DNA of 57,278 nt, the filler included, from Sphacelaria rigidula (Eukaryota), in the NCBI GenBank assembly GCA_964200075.2. It is 8 parts of 8 records of this genome, joined end to end, with 100 filler letters (N's around TTAATTAATTAA, not from the genome) between each part and the next. Parts side by side here need not be neighbours in the genome. Positions count along the whole stretch, not along the records: positions 7,174 to 14,246 come from CAXNAA020016632.1; positions 14,347 to 21,418 come from CAXNAA020016633.1; positions 21,519 to 28,590 come from CAXNAA020016634.1; 5 more parts are not named here. The stretch is one strand, 5' to 3'. Below the pieces are notes generated by a model that saw nothing but the letters and a program-made list of their open reading frames with translations, ran no database searches and had not been told where the DNA came from. Shown one piece after another: positions 11,664 through 22,912 of this stretch; the first letter of the stretch is position 1; every line of letters begins with the position of its first letter. The position numbers and the translations under genes are program-made.

Positions 11664-13540
11664 TGCCCTTACCATCGCCCTCGCCCCCGTCCCCGCCCCC
11701 CCCGGAAGTAGAGTGAAACAGTGCCCAGTTCAGCATCTTGCATCCTACAGGAAACCACAAGTTTCCGCCGCCTGACCCTCCGCTTCCGTCCCCCCCTCCC
11801 GCCGCCGCCGCCAGCGGAAACTCCATCTGATCGACTCGTGCCCCTCCCGCCCCCTCTCCCCCCTACTGCTCCATTTTGTGTGAGCGGTTGTCCGGTTTAG
11901 TGTTTGGCCACATCCCTCAGTGCAATGACGTACAGTGTGGAGCCAGACGACCGATGCTGATGCTTTAGAATAACCGAGTCCACTAGCGAGTAGGATAGTC
12001 TGGGAGAAAAGGCAGGGTTGTCTCGTGCGGGTCGTACTGTCAGGGAATGGGTGTTGTCGCCTGGGTATTTGGTCTTCGCAATGCATTCATTCACGGGGTC
12101 GAAACCATCCCGTCCAGTTCCTCGGCGACAAAGCCGTTCACTCTACGCAGATTGGAGCTACCCATATCGCTACCTCGATGTGATCGCCGGGGCAACATGG
12201 AAGTTGATGTTGCCGGTGGTATCCACCGTATGTAACACGACGCCAGCACTGCTATCGATGACCAACTTGTCTCGGGTGCAGGCCCGATATCCGGCCATGT
12301 TCTGGTATTGCAGTCTCGATGGAGAGAGTCAATCTGCGTCGGACTGTGTTACTTTGCCCTCGGCACTACATCACCATCACAGCGATTGCAGCAGCAGGAG
12401 CTACGCTGCGCAACCTCAGTAGTCAACAGCGTACACGTAGAAATAGACTAGTATACGTATCATCTCAGGTCTTGCCCTCCAAATTGATAAGACTTGGCAA
12501 CTCAGCAATTCCAGCGGCAGCAGTACCTTCTCGTGTGTGTGTGTGTGTTGTGTGTGAGCGAGTACGTGTGTGTGAATGTTTGTGTGCTAGCTCTGTCTGT
12601 TCGCTCGTGCTGAGAAGCGGCGCAAATTTACTCAGGGCTGTCACGAGGGAGATTCCAACGCCCCCTCAACCGTCGTTCTCAGCACCGTAAACTTCATAAT
12701 TTTCCCGAAGAAAATTCTTCGAAGAGCCATTCTATCACGTGATAACATGACCTCCAGCAGTTTTCCCACCGGCAACCCGCAACGCAAAGGCCCAGCAGCG
12801 ACACCTCGTGCGCATCCGAAAAGGCTTCCTCGCCACACCGCACCGCAGGCAAAAAGTATAGAGGATACAATACATCGCGCATGTCTCCGCGATTGATACC
12901 CCCCCCCCCCTTTGTACTTCGCCGGCGGTATGCTGACCCCAAACCGGATCTCAACGCCCCTTTCTCAACACCCGCCGACCGTCTCCTGCCGATGCGCTGC
13001 TCCCGACTGACCCACACCAACTGTACACGCCCATGAAAACGTCGCTTGCGCGCGAAAAGGTACCCCCCGTCGTTCTACGATGAAACTGTCGATTCTAACG
13101 CCAATATTCCGTCCGGCTCCTCGCACCCGACAGGATCGGAAGTGTCTGGCATGAAGAAAAAGCGGCACATGAAAGTCATGCAAATGAAAGGGGCGTCCGC
13201 TACCAAGAACGGGGAAGAGGAACGTCGCAAAGTGTCGGTTCAGAATTTTGCCCCGGACAGAACCGTGGAAAGGGAGGTGTTGAAGAGCACCATCGGAGCT
13301 CTCAGGAGACGGCAGGGAGAGCGTGTGGGCCCCGAGACGGTGAGGGTCGTCTCGTGCAAAACCCCTCGAGTTACTTTCCGAAATTCACACGATATATTTT
13401 CTTCGAATTTTTCGTAGTTGATGGCTTGAGAAGTTCTGATCGTCGGCCATGGAGGATCTCTGCACTGCGGGCGTCCATGTGACTCCTCCACCCTGAGCAA
13501 CCGACGATGGACAGCACCTGACTATTATAATAGTGCCCTG

Positions 13541-14110
13541 TTGTGTCGTTGTTCCAGAGGCAAGATGCGCTGCATTGGTACTTCTGTTGGCGCCGCAACA
13601 AATCATGACTTGCTGTATCTTCTGCTTGATCGGTCCCAACCTCACACGATCCACCGATCGTCTCTCCCCCCTTCTCCGTGCCCCGGTCGCGCCACAAATT
13701 CCCGCGTGATCCACCGACAGGCACGGCTGGTGCTGCACGCGTACTACACTCACCTGTACAATGATTTGGAGGTGTCGCAAGCACTTCGAGCGATCCGTGA
13801 CAACCTTGGCGTCACCCAGAAGATAGTGGAAACAGTCCGCGAGCGCTTCGAAGAAACTGGAGAGTGTGGGACGCATGATTCGCGCCGAGGACGGCCGAGT
13901 GTCGTTTTCACCCCCGATCTACAAGATCGATTGAGGGAAAAGATAGTCAGCGTAAAAGCAACCGGCAAGAGGGTAACGTGGCGTCTCCTTCAAGAGTGGC
14001 TCCGCAGTGACCCCAACCCCGACGACCCCGAAGACAACGACCGACAGCCAGTGGAAGTGTCTCCAACCACGGTTGCGCGGTGGGTGGGGCAGATTGGGTG
14101 TAGTATTTAA
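13541..14110 (+). mobile_element. Tc1/mariner-IS630-like transposase, N-terminal HTH region only (truncated)
   Basis: RAIRDNLGVTQKIVETVRERFEETG..RRGRPSVVF...LREKI...RVTWRLLQEWL...VSPTTVARWVGQIG gives the HTH / GRP linker / second HTH layout. The ORF stops at a LINE-end insertion just before the contig end, and no DDE domain is visible. Confidence 0.75.
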
Positions 14111-14113
14111 CTT

Positions 14114-14163
14114 GGGTGTACTCATGATCATGCATGCCATAGTCATAAGACCATTGACCTCGT
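14114..14163 (-). mobile_element. ~50-bp LINE 3' end (family B) next to the transposase truncation point
   Basis: Reverse complement ACGAGGTCAATGGTCTTATGACTATGGCATGCATGATCATGAGTACACCC matches 11012-11060. A long G-run follows. Confidence 0.6.
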
Positions 14164-14246
14164 ATTTGGGGGGGGGGGGGGGGCGGGGACTCGCAGGCTG
14201 CGGGGAGGGGGTTGTGGGGGGACAGGGGTTAGCTGTGGGTGGTCGT

Positions 14247-14346
14247 NNNNNNNNNNNNNNNNNNNNNNNNNNNNNNNNNNNNNNNNNNNNTTAATTAATT
14301 AANNNNNNNNNNNNNNNNNNNNNNNNNNNNNNNNNNNNNNNNNNNN
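14247..14346. other. Artificial contig linker
   Basis: N44-TTAATTAATTAA-N44. Confidence 0.97.
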
Positions 14347-16683
14347 AAAAGGTATACCCTTTTCACAACCCCCACCCCTCCCCCCGAGAAAACCCCCTTT
14401 TTTCCCGAGCACCCCCCCCCCCCCCCCCCCCCTCTACCGTAGGATGGCTCCTCGAAGTCAGTACTTAGTCACTCACTCGTGAGTAATGTCGCGATAGCCT
14501 CCCTACAAACTAGTTCCAAAACCGTCACGAAGAACATGGCCATATCGCGCATGATGGCTCGTTTGAGACTGCATGAAAAAACTTGTATGAGCGACGTTGA
14601 CGAAATCGATCTGAAGCGTGGAAGTCCCCGGCTGCTCTGTGTCCTCGGTCTTTGTCACTTTGATTCACGTGTAATTTCACCCCCTGAAACCAGTCACTTC
14701 TCTGGGGTGGGGGGCTATCGCGGCATCCCGCGAGTACAGCACGCAGTTGTCAACATGCGCATAGGTGCCAATGAGTGTCAAAGCGCCTCCCGTATTCAAG
14801 CAATCTTCCGAAGAATAACTCGCGCTGAGACCGACTTCTCCGACCTTCGTCCGCCTCCATACATTGAGCAGCAGTCTAACTTTCTTAGTTGTTTTGCAAT
14901 GCTCGGGTTTTCGATGCACGCTCAGCCGCCGACAAACCCGCCGCGAGACATGGGTCTCGATAACACGTACATTTACGCGAACGGTGAAATGTAGTGTGGC
15001 AACCGGGCGAAGTGACGGAGCCAGGCTTGGTCCTGAACGGCTGCGAAAGTGGTTGAGAACCGCGCGCGTCTAACAGAACAGGACAGTAACTTTTCTGTTC
15101 CATACTAACTCGCACGTGACCGACTGACGAACGTTATATTTTTCTCACAACCAATAGGAGAAACGTCGATCAAAGCACTTGAGCCGCCCATATACCTGCG
15201 CCGTGGGAGTACCGCACCGAGAGCCATGGTCGTTGCCTACAACGAGCTGTGCCGGTGCTCGGCGACACATCCGTGTACTCAACGCACCTTGCATCCATCT
15301 CGGCAGTCATGACCAGCAAGCACGAACAACGGTAAACAGCCACAGCACGGAAATAACAGACCATTTTTGGGAGGGAGTACTCTTATACCATGTTCTGCTG
15401 GGACGCATTTTTCTCTCGGATATTTCAGTAGCCGGCATTGGGTGAACATATGTGCCCCCCTGTTCCCGTGCACAGTGATCGATTCATGGGCAACCTGCCG
15501 CTCTTGGCGCCAATGGCCGACCCTTTGGGCGTGTGGCTGAGAAATCGGCATCGTCTTCACTCAAAAAAGGATTCCCTGAAACCCCGATAACCCACCCTGG
15601 CAGTCAACGGGTACACACAAAAGAAGATTAGTAGCGGTCAAACAGCGCGTCGGCCTGCTTGAAATTCAACATGTACAGTATGTGGAATCAAAATGACCTG
15701 CGCACTGGCACCGTCCAGACAGACAAATGCCACTCACTCATCACATGTTCAAACACAGCCCTGTATGGCCACTGTCGACATAATTGACGTACGCACTGTA
15801 AATCGGCATATGCTTGGAGAGTGTGGGCACCCTGTGAACGTTATTGGTGGTTTTCGACAGTTGCCGCGCTCCAAACCGTTTTTCGTGGCGGTTCGGTGAG
15901 CCTTACACCCGATGTTCTCGGAATTACTGCAACCGTCAGGACCCGGAGTTGCGAGCACAGCGTTTTCGCGCCCAAAAAGTTTGTAGCATTTTCGTTCTCG
16001 GAGACAAAGAACATCGGTGAGAGCTCCGGAGTCTGAAAAAGTGCGGCACAGGGTGGCACAGGAAGTTGTTACCATTCAACGTCGCATGCACCACTTCGAT
16101 CAAGGCAAAAGGGACCAAAAGTCAGTGCGGACTAATCACATTCCCCCCAAAATATATTTTTCACCCCAAAATATATTTTTCAATCAAGAAAAATGCTGGC
16201 AGCTATTTCGTTACTCTATTTACAGAAACAACAGGCTGATTGCTACTGCGCATCAACGTCGCATCCACTAGGTGTGGATGGTATTCAGGACAGGCATACC
16301 AGTGGCAATTCGATAGGAGCAGCACAGATGAGGTGTGGACCAAGCTGTACAACGGCACGATCGTCCTGTTTGAGAGCTGTTACAGACACAAACCGAAATA
16401 CCCGCGGGGCAACAGAGCACGCTATCGTCCAACGCGGATGAACGAAGTTCGACCGGCAAAAAGTACGTAGCTGAGAAAATTGACAGACAAAATGATCCAT
16501 AAAGCTTCCATCGTAACACATCACTGCACATGCCCAATCGTCCCATGTTTCCAGTCAGGCTGCGCCCAACCAAAACAACAGTGGCACACGATGACCCCAC
16601 TGCATTTCAGAAAAATCCGATTATTCCCCTTTCCTCGAAAAGAGCACAGAGCAAAAGGCGCTGGGCAGCCAGCAGCACCCTCC

Positions 16684-19258
16684 CTACGATCTTCGACCAT
16701 CTCTGTCCCCACCGGCGACATCTGATATTCGCGAGCCCTTCTCTCTCCACCGCAATCGCGCTTCGCTACCGTACGTCCCTTCTTCGCGCTTACTTCCTAC
16801 CGAACGCAGAGGGCTTGACCCCTGTCGATCCCGGTCACCACCCCGCACGGCTTTAGCCCGCCGCGCTCTCGGCTTAGGCCTGCCGGAGACTCTCTCCCAC
16901 TGCATCTTTCGCCTCGATCTGCCACTGCCGTCGGCAGAGGTGGCGACGGCACCACCTTGCCGCCGGGTGTCCGCCCGGGAGTACGCGGACCGTCCACTTC
17001 GCTGATCGTCATCAGAAGAGAAACCTGCAGCGCCCCACCCCTGGTACTGGGGCTCGTCGTCATCATCCTCATAGTGTACGACCTCGTCAGAACCCAAGCT
17101 GTCATCGCTGTAGTATTTCCTGATGCTACTACTGCTGTCTGTCCTGGCAGCACCACCGAGGTCTGCTCTCGCCTCCGCTTCCTCCTCTCGCTTGCTCCGC
17201 AAGACATTGTAGTAGCTGTCGGCGTCTAGTTCGTCGTATCGGGTGTCTTCCTCCTCATCCTCTACGTCATCCATATCCCTCGGTATTCGTCTGGAGTCCC
17301 GATTCGCCAGCAGGCGGAGCATCACAGTCTGTTCGGTTGGGAGATGAATAAGGGAAGAAGCGCTATAATATTGGAGCGCGTTGAAGTAGGCATGCTTATG
17401 CATAAGCTCCCTCTCATACGAGCAACGGTGTGTAGCTGTTCACTTCATCACTGAGGTTTTCGAATCGCTTAAAAAAACTACCCAAACGGGTGCAACAGAA
17501 TCGTGGACGTAACTGGCAAATCCATGAAGCCGTACTACACGCCACAAACTTGTTCACGAGTACCCTACACTTCTCACCTTGTCGATGTAAGGGTACTCGC
17601 CCACCCAAACTCTCGCGCCTGGGATAAAGGTATCCGATACCCCTACTATTTCCTCGAATGCCTCGTCGGGGCTCACCTGAAAAGCCGTGGGGAAGTCGCC
17701 AAGTCACGTGAGCGTATATCATAACAGCGCGACGCGCACACACCATGTGCCGAACACCGCGACTGTAAAAACACAATGGTTCAACACCTTCTCCACCACT
17801 GACATTGTTTCAGCGCTATCAACGCGGACGGGTTGCAGCTCATCCATACAGGCTCGGCGTGGGCTACACGCGAACAACGACCAGGCCATATTGGCAACCA
17901 TGGAACAAAAATCGGGTGCGGCACGCGCCCAAAATACGGAGAGATATTGCTGCGACCATCTATTGTACCCAGCCCGTAAGGCGATCCCTGTCTGTGTCCA
18001 CACTGCAAAGAGACCAGTTCTGGTAAATTACTTACGCTCACCAGCACCGCCTCGGCAGCCATGCCAGGTCGGATTCGGGCGTACTCAGACCTCGTGCGCG
18101 TTCTGAACTTGAGGGCGCGACCTTCTCCGTCCTCAATCACCATACGCAAGAACACGGGATGTCCGGTCACCGGGTGGAACTACAGTGGTCCACAGCAAAA
18201 GCGACAGCAACGTGTGCGACACGATGTGGCCAGACAGGAGTGTAAATGGCCAATCGCAAGCGGAGACAAAATGCAACAAATGCCCCACTCCCGCATAGCC
18301 CCTGTAATGAAAAGTAAGCCTTGCATTTCGAACCTCTTGTACGGATCAAGTTTCATCACGACGTGAGCAGAGTCCATCACAGTGCGCGTTATCAAGATCG
18401 GTGCGCTCCCCGCATTGTACACGGAAATCAACTTTGAAGTGCACAAGGAGCGAGAGGAAGCATGCGCGGCAACTACTTTTTCACCTCCTCCGTTGCGCTG
18501 ACGACTCGAGCACTGAAGATCGCGACGAAGTTACCTTCCGCCCCTGGGTAGGCGGCAATCCTTCCCCTCAAAGCTCGGTTCCGGCGGAATGCGGCGATAT
18601 TTGGCGCGAAAAGCCAATAAAACAAAAAAGCCTGCCAAGGCAGGAAATACCGTGGGCACGGGCGTGGGCGTGGGCGTAGCGATAGGTCTGAGTGGCACAA
18701 ACGACCCAAGCTGTTCTCAAAGGAATATGCACTACGGCACAACAATGACTATGAGTTAACGTAGCGGCATGTGTGTAGCTCGCCGATTCAGCGATCGAAG
18801 GCACAGCCTAGTGCCCCAAGCTTGCGCAAAAACAAAGCAACACGTAACATTGATGTGACTATCCTTAGATCTTCGAAACAGTCCGGCTCGACATTGGACG
18901 GTACTGCAGTGCTCATTAACAACAGGTACAATCCCCGCGAATGTCCACGAAGCATTACCAGAGCACCTACACCATACGACGCATGGGTATGCACGGCACC
19001 GAGGTGAAGCCGGACCTCACCGAGCCAATGATGGACGTCATCCCAACGCCCAAGAAAAAGCTTGTGAAGTAGCAGCCCCACAGTCCCAAGAAGGCGATCG
19101 CCGACACCTCAAAGAACTTTCCCACTCGCTGCATATCCGACCCTCCCCAGTAGTGAGCCCACTGATCGCTGGTGGCGAACGCGGGCAGCACCTTGTGCCC
19201 GGCGTTTCCCGAAAGTCGGGTCAGTTTGCATTGCAACCTTCTTACACCTTCGGGGCGC
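16684..19258 (-). CDS. Multi-exon gene (5' end not located): homolog of an uncharacterised cyanobacterial membrane protein family, probably plastid-targeted, with a ~200-aa acidic then Arg/Ser/Gly-rich C-terminal extension
   Basis: Exons 19258-19021, 18631-18485, 18179-18042, 17676-17578 and 17328-16684 have AG/GT boundaries and join in frame: LPAFATSDQWAHYWG...TM...SIIGS|AFLFYWLFAPNIAAFRRN...SATEE|FHPVTGHPVFLRMVIEDGEG...IRPGMAAEAVL|VSPDEAFEEIVGVSDTFIPGARVWVGEYPYIDK|TVMLRLL. The motifs ATxxQxxxYWG, YWLxxP, GxxAE and SDxxIPxxxxWVxxYPY recall, from memory, cyanobacterial proteins often auto-labelled 'phosphate ABC transporter permease'. Confidence 0.85.
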
Positions 19259-19480
19259 CTGCTTTCCAAGGGGCACGGTGTACGATGTCAACTACGGCAT
19301 GCTGTGTTGGACAACGGCCGGCTGCCGCGCGAAAGTGCGTTGGGTACTGACGTGCGTGGGTATATGAGACACTGCAGATTTCGTATTTCGAGGAATCTAG
19401 GGGCGATGAGATCTTGACTGAAAGAGGCACCCTGCTTTCGCGCTCTCTGCTCGAACATTCTTAGCTTTTGCCAAACCCTA

Positions 19481-19554
19481 CAAGGCCAACCCTAACCCGA
19501 ACCAAACCCAAGCGCAGGGCAGACCAAGGACCCTCCGGCAAGGGGGGGGATACA
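19481..19554. repeat. Degenerate (CCCTAA)-like tract within a MITE end (..GGCAAGGGGGGGGATACA)
   Basis: AACCCTAACCCGAACCAAACCC is followed by an end resembling 40560-40584 (CCTCGGGCAAGGGGGGTACA). Confidence 0.45.
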
Positions 19555-20879
19555 GCGGCGTAGGCCAAGTGTGCGCTGTCAGAGACGTTATCGGCACCTG
19601 CTACGCCGATTTGAGCCAATACGCGTTAAGCGCGTGCTGTCAAGCTGCTCAGGATATTGATCACCGTACAGAAGTTGGGAAAAGTACGGCCTAATTTTGG
19701 TTGGCATAACTTTCTCTGAGATAACTTTATCACCAAGCCTGTGCGCGAATCGCGTGTATATTCATTGTCCCCAACCGTAGCTTTCGACTTTTCCTGAACT
19801 CTGCCGGTCCTTGTCCAGATTTAAGACAGATCTCCACAAATGGTGAAAAATCGACGATTCTTGCAGTGGCCGTTGGTCCATCATCTCCATACCGATACAA
19901 AAAAGGTACGACAACAGAGCAAAACAATGGCACACTTGAGTCCCGAAACAACGCACGTAGACACAGTGCACATTGGCGCATTAGCTCCGGCGTTGCTCTC
20001 ATCTACATGTTCGTCGTGGTTTTTGTGTGCCAGAAATCCGTTTCATACGGGAGAAGGGCGGCCGGGTGCGTGTTATTTCGCACGCCTGACATAAGTCATT
20101 GTTGAATTTCCAACAGATTAGACCAAAGCCAAGCATGACGTCCCAGATGGTTTTCAGTGCTCCGCTGATCAACAGCTGCGGCTTGAGATACATGTATTTC
20201 CCTAGTATTTGCATGCACCCCCGGGGTTGCCACGTGTGCGTTGCCCCTTGAGCAACCGACCGCTCGCCGAACCGACTTTTTCAGTCCGGCGCCAAAAAAC
20301 AAACATTTTTGTCGAGACACATGACCTGCTTTCACCTCGTCACGCACTGCTACAACGTGCAACCCCAGGTCGAGGCACATGGGCATATTGACTGTGGTTT
20401 GCATCATATGCGGCCGAAGTTTCAGCGCGTTGCAACGCGGACGGCGTGCGTACGACCGTGCTTCCCGAACTGAGTACCTTCACAGGCGATGCCTGTATGA
20501 CATCCGTATAGATTGTCACTATCCAGAGGGTATCTCAGTACAGATCTATAAATTATTTGCGAGCACAGCATCCCCCCAGGTCCTCATCATGTGGAAGTGA
20601 GCGCACCAGCGTGTCCAGATATCATTCACTCACGTTGTACAAACTCTGGGCTACGGTATACCCGTTCTGAGAGCGCATCGCCGATGTTGCCGAAAATCCG
20701 AATAATCGCCGTGTTCAACGTGATGAACGCCCGAACGTGCCGCAGTCTGATGAACATGTCTGAGTCCGACTACTGCACAAAGCTCCTTCAACCACCGTCG
20801 AAAAACCAACAAAGTTTCTGTAATTCTTGTATGCCGGCCAAGTGCGGACATTCACGAATATAATGCTCTTTATTCAATT

Positions 20880-21057
20880 ATTTTGCTTTTTTCACGTCCT
20901 GGTCTATGCTTTTCTATTCTACCTTTTCTGTTTCTTCTCTTTTCTTCAGCGAGTGTTCAAGTGTTGTTTTGTGTCGGGTACGTCTCTCTCGTGACCACCG
21001 GATCCCTGTGGGGTCAGTTGAAGTGCGACAATCAATTCATCGATCAATCAATCAATG
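20880..21057 (+). mobile_element. Probable retroposon 3' end with a (TCAA)n tail
   Basis: T-rich stretch, then GTGACCACCGGATC...GGGGTCAGTTGAAGTGCGACAATCAATTCATCGATCAATCAATCAAT. Microsatellite tails are typical of RTE/CR1-type LINEs and their SINEs. Confidence 0.4.
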
Positions 21058-21418
21058 CGGGCATCCATGTATATTTTAATTGTGTTATTTTGGCGAAGGA
21101 ATATCTATGTCACGCTCCATATTGAGTATCACAACCGGCACATCACCCACACATGGGGATAGATTTTGTAGTGAAATAAAACATCTGCGCCAAGCGCCAT
21201 TATGGTCGAGCGTTCAAGATCGGCACCCGGCAAACACTGAGGACTCCGTTCAAAATCCACCGAAGAACTGAAACAAACACATGGTACATCTTTCTCCTGT
21301 TTCACTGCACTGCAACACAAACACACTCACGTCCGGTCTCACATGTGCTGTAGCTATCACTGTTCTATGGTGTGTGTAGACCTTGCGAACACGGTTTGGT
21401 CTCCGCTGAGAATGCTTG

Positions 21419-21518
21419 NNNNNNNNNNNNNNNNNNNNNNNNNNNNNNNNNNNNNNNNNNNNTTAATTAATTAANNNNNNNNNNNNNNNNNNNNNNNNNN
21501 NNNNNNNNNNNNNNNNNN
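21419..21518. other. Artificial contig linker
   Basis: N44-TTAATTAATTAA-N44. Confidence 0.97.
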
Positions 21519-21551
21519 TGAGGCAAGCAACAAATGAGTACGCCCCCCCCC
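21519..21551 (+). mobile_element. LINE 3' terminus (family A) with C tract
   Basis: GAGGCAAGCAACAAATGAGTACGCCCCCCCCC is the reverse complement of the ends at ~43355-43380, 46285-46310 and 54437-54462. Confidence 0.65.
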
Positions 21552-21699
21552 ACATTCACACACCCCGGCCACTGGAAACCCCGGAATGTCTCCGGACTGT
21601 TGGCCTGTGAAACTGTTCCGAGGCGACGCTCTCTGTCTAAGGGTTAATTGGCCTGCAAAATACTGTTGCGAATTTCGACCGGCCCGGTTTCTACATGCG

Positions 21700-21924
21700 C
21701 CGTTCTCACCTCCATTTCGAGAGTTGGACTCTAAATTTTGGTGTGGAGAGTGAATAAAGTATGATAAAAAAACATATCTCTGGGTGGCTAGTTTTTTTCT
21801 TCGTGTTGGAGGCGATAATCAGTCTTCAGTTTTCAGTAAAGTGCCGTGAACATGCTCCATTCATTTTATGTACTAAGTTTGGAAGTCCAACTCTCAATTC
21901 ACGTCTAGGCTGGACCAGCTCGTA
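21700..21924. mobile_element. Non-autonomous DNA transposon fragment (TACGAGCT.G.CCAGCCT-end family)
   Basis: Ends TAGGCTGGACCAGCTCGTA like 44324-44342. Carries the GAGTTGGAC.CT.AA.TTTGGT motif also seen at ~44526 and ~49936, plus an inverted copy near 21871-21895. Confidence 0.55.
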
Positions 21925-22559
21925 TACGGTGCGGAGGTGTTTTAGCTTTCAAGTTAACCCTTTTGCAACCGTTTATGGAAAATTGACAATTTACAATTGA
22001 CGTTTTTCGAGCAAGAAATTGTTGTTTTCCCGCAGCCGTAAGCGTGCTTTCAGACCCGTGCGAATGGAACGTAGAACAAAAGAAGGTTCCCTATTTTACG
22101 GCTATGACGAATTGTTCGACCCGTCGGTGTTTTTCTTGTCTTCTAACCCCGGCCAGAGTGCATGGCAGGCCTTCGTGAAGCAGTCTTCACGCCGCACCTG
22201 CACGCCCCTCCCCTTGCAGTTGATGCTTTGTGCCGTATCATGGCAAGCCTGCGCTTACGTTGCAATGACAGTGAGCTTTCGTCACTAGGTTTGCAGAGCA
22301 AACAGAGCGCGCGCTTTAGCATTCCGTTGGACTGACAACAATGACGTCCGTCCGTCAAACACTGAAGCGAATCGCGGTACTGTTGCTATTATGCTGCTTC
22401 GGTCTCGTGGTCGTGAGTCAGACAGCATACGTTGCTTTCTGTGAGCACCGTACCCCACCGTCAGCGCAACAGGACACTGAAATACAACCGGTAGCGTGGT
22501 GTACAAGTAGTGCCGCATCGACATTTAGTCAAGTCTGTTTTATGTGGTCCTAGTCGCAT

Positions 22560-22912
22560 GTCCCGGTGGCTCAGGTGGTAACCCCGAATCCTCGACGGTT
22601 GGGTCGTGGGTTCGAATCTCGTTGCAGTCACACAATATGGGATTTCTTTTATAAAATACCCAACAGTGGAGAGCGACTATGTCGGGTACACAAAAATTAG
22701 ACTTCACGGTCGACGAGGAAAAGGGACTGCTGAACCCCTCTCGCGATAAAAAATAAGGCAAGCACCGCGGAAGGAAGATGGAGTACCAAAACGAGAGCAA
22801 ACAGGAGAACTACTATGTTGGCCTTCCTCCTGTGCGACGGCGGCTGATGCGCCCACATATACCGCAAGGTGTAGACTGGTGTCCAGAATAGATGGGATGA
22901 AAACACACAACA
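22560..22912 (+). mobile_element. tRNA-derived SINE
   Basis: A box TGGCTCAGGTGG and B box GGTTCGAATCT at tRNA spacing but without a clean cloverleaf. Followed by a ~280-bp body and an AAAACACACAACA tail. Flanked by AGTCGCATGTC (22552) and AGTCACATGTC (22913), a candidate target-site duplication. Confidence 0.8.

Noticed and set aside
22341..22553. Signal-peptide-like ORF as first coding exon of the PPR gene
   Set aside because: Splicing from the GT at 22441 to the acceptor at 24106 enters the PPR frame but meets the TGA at 24121. It could only be a uORF or UTR exon.
22560..22635. tRNA gene
   Set aside because: A and B boxes are present but there is no proper acceptor or anticodon stem, and a repeat body and tail follow. 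Better explained as a SINE.
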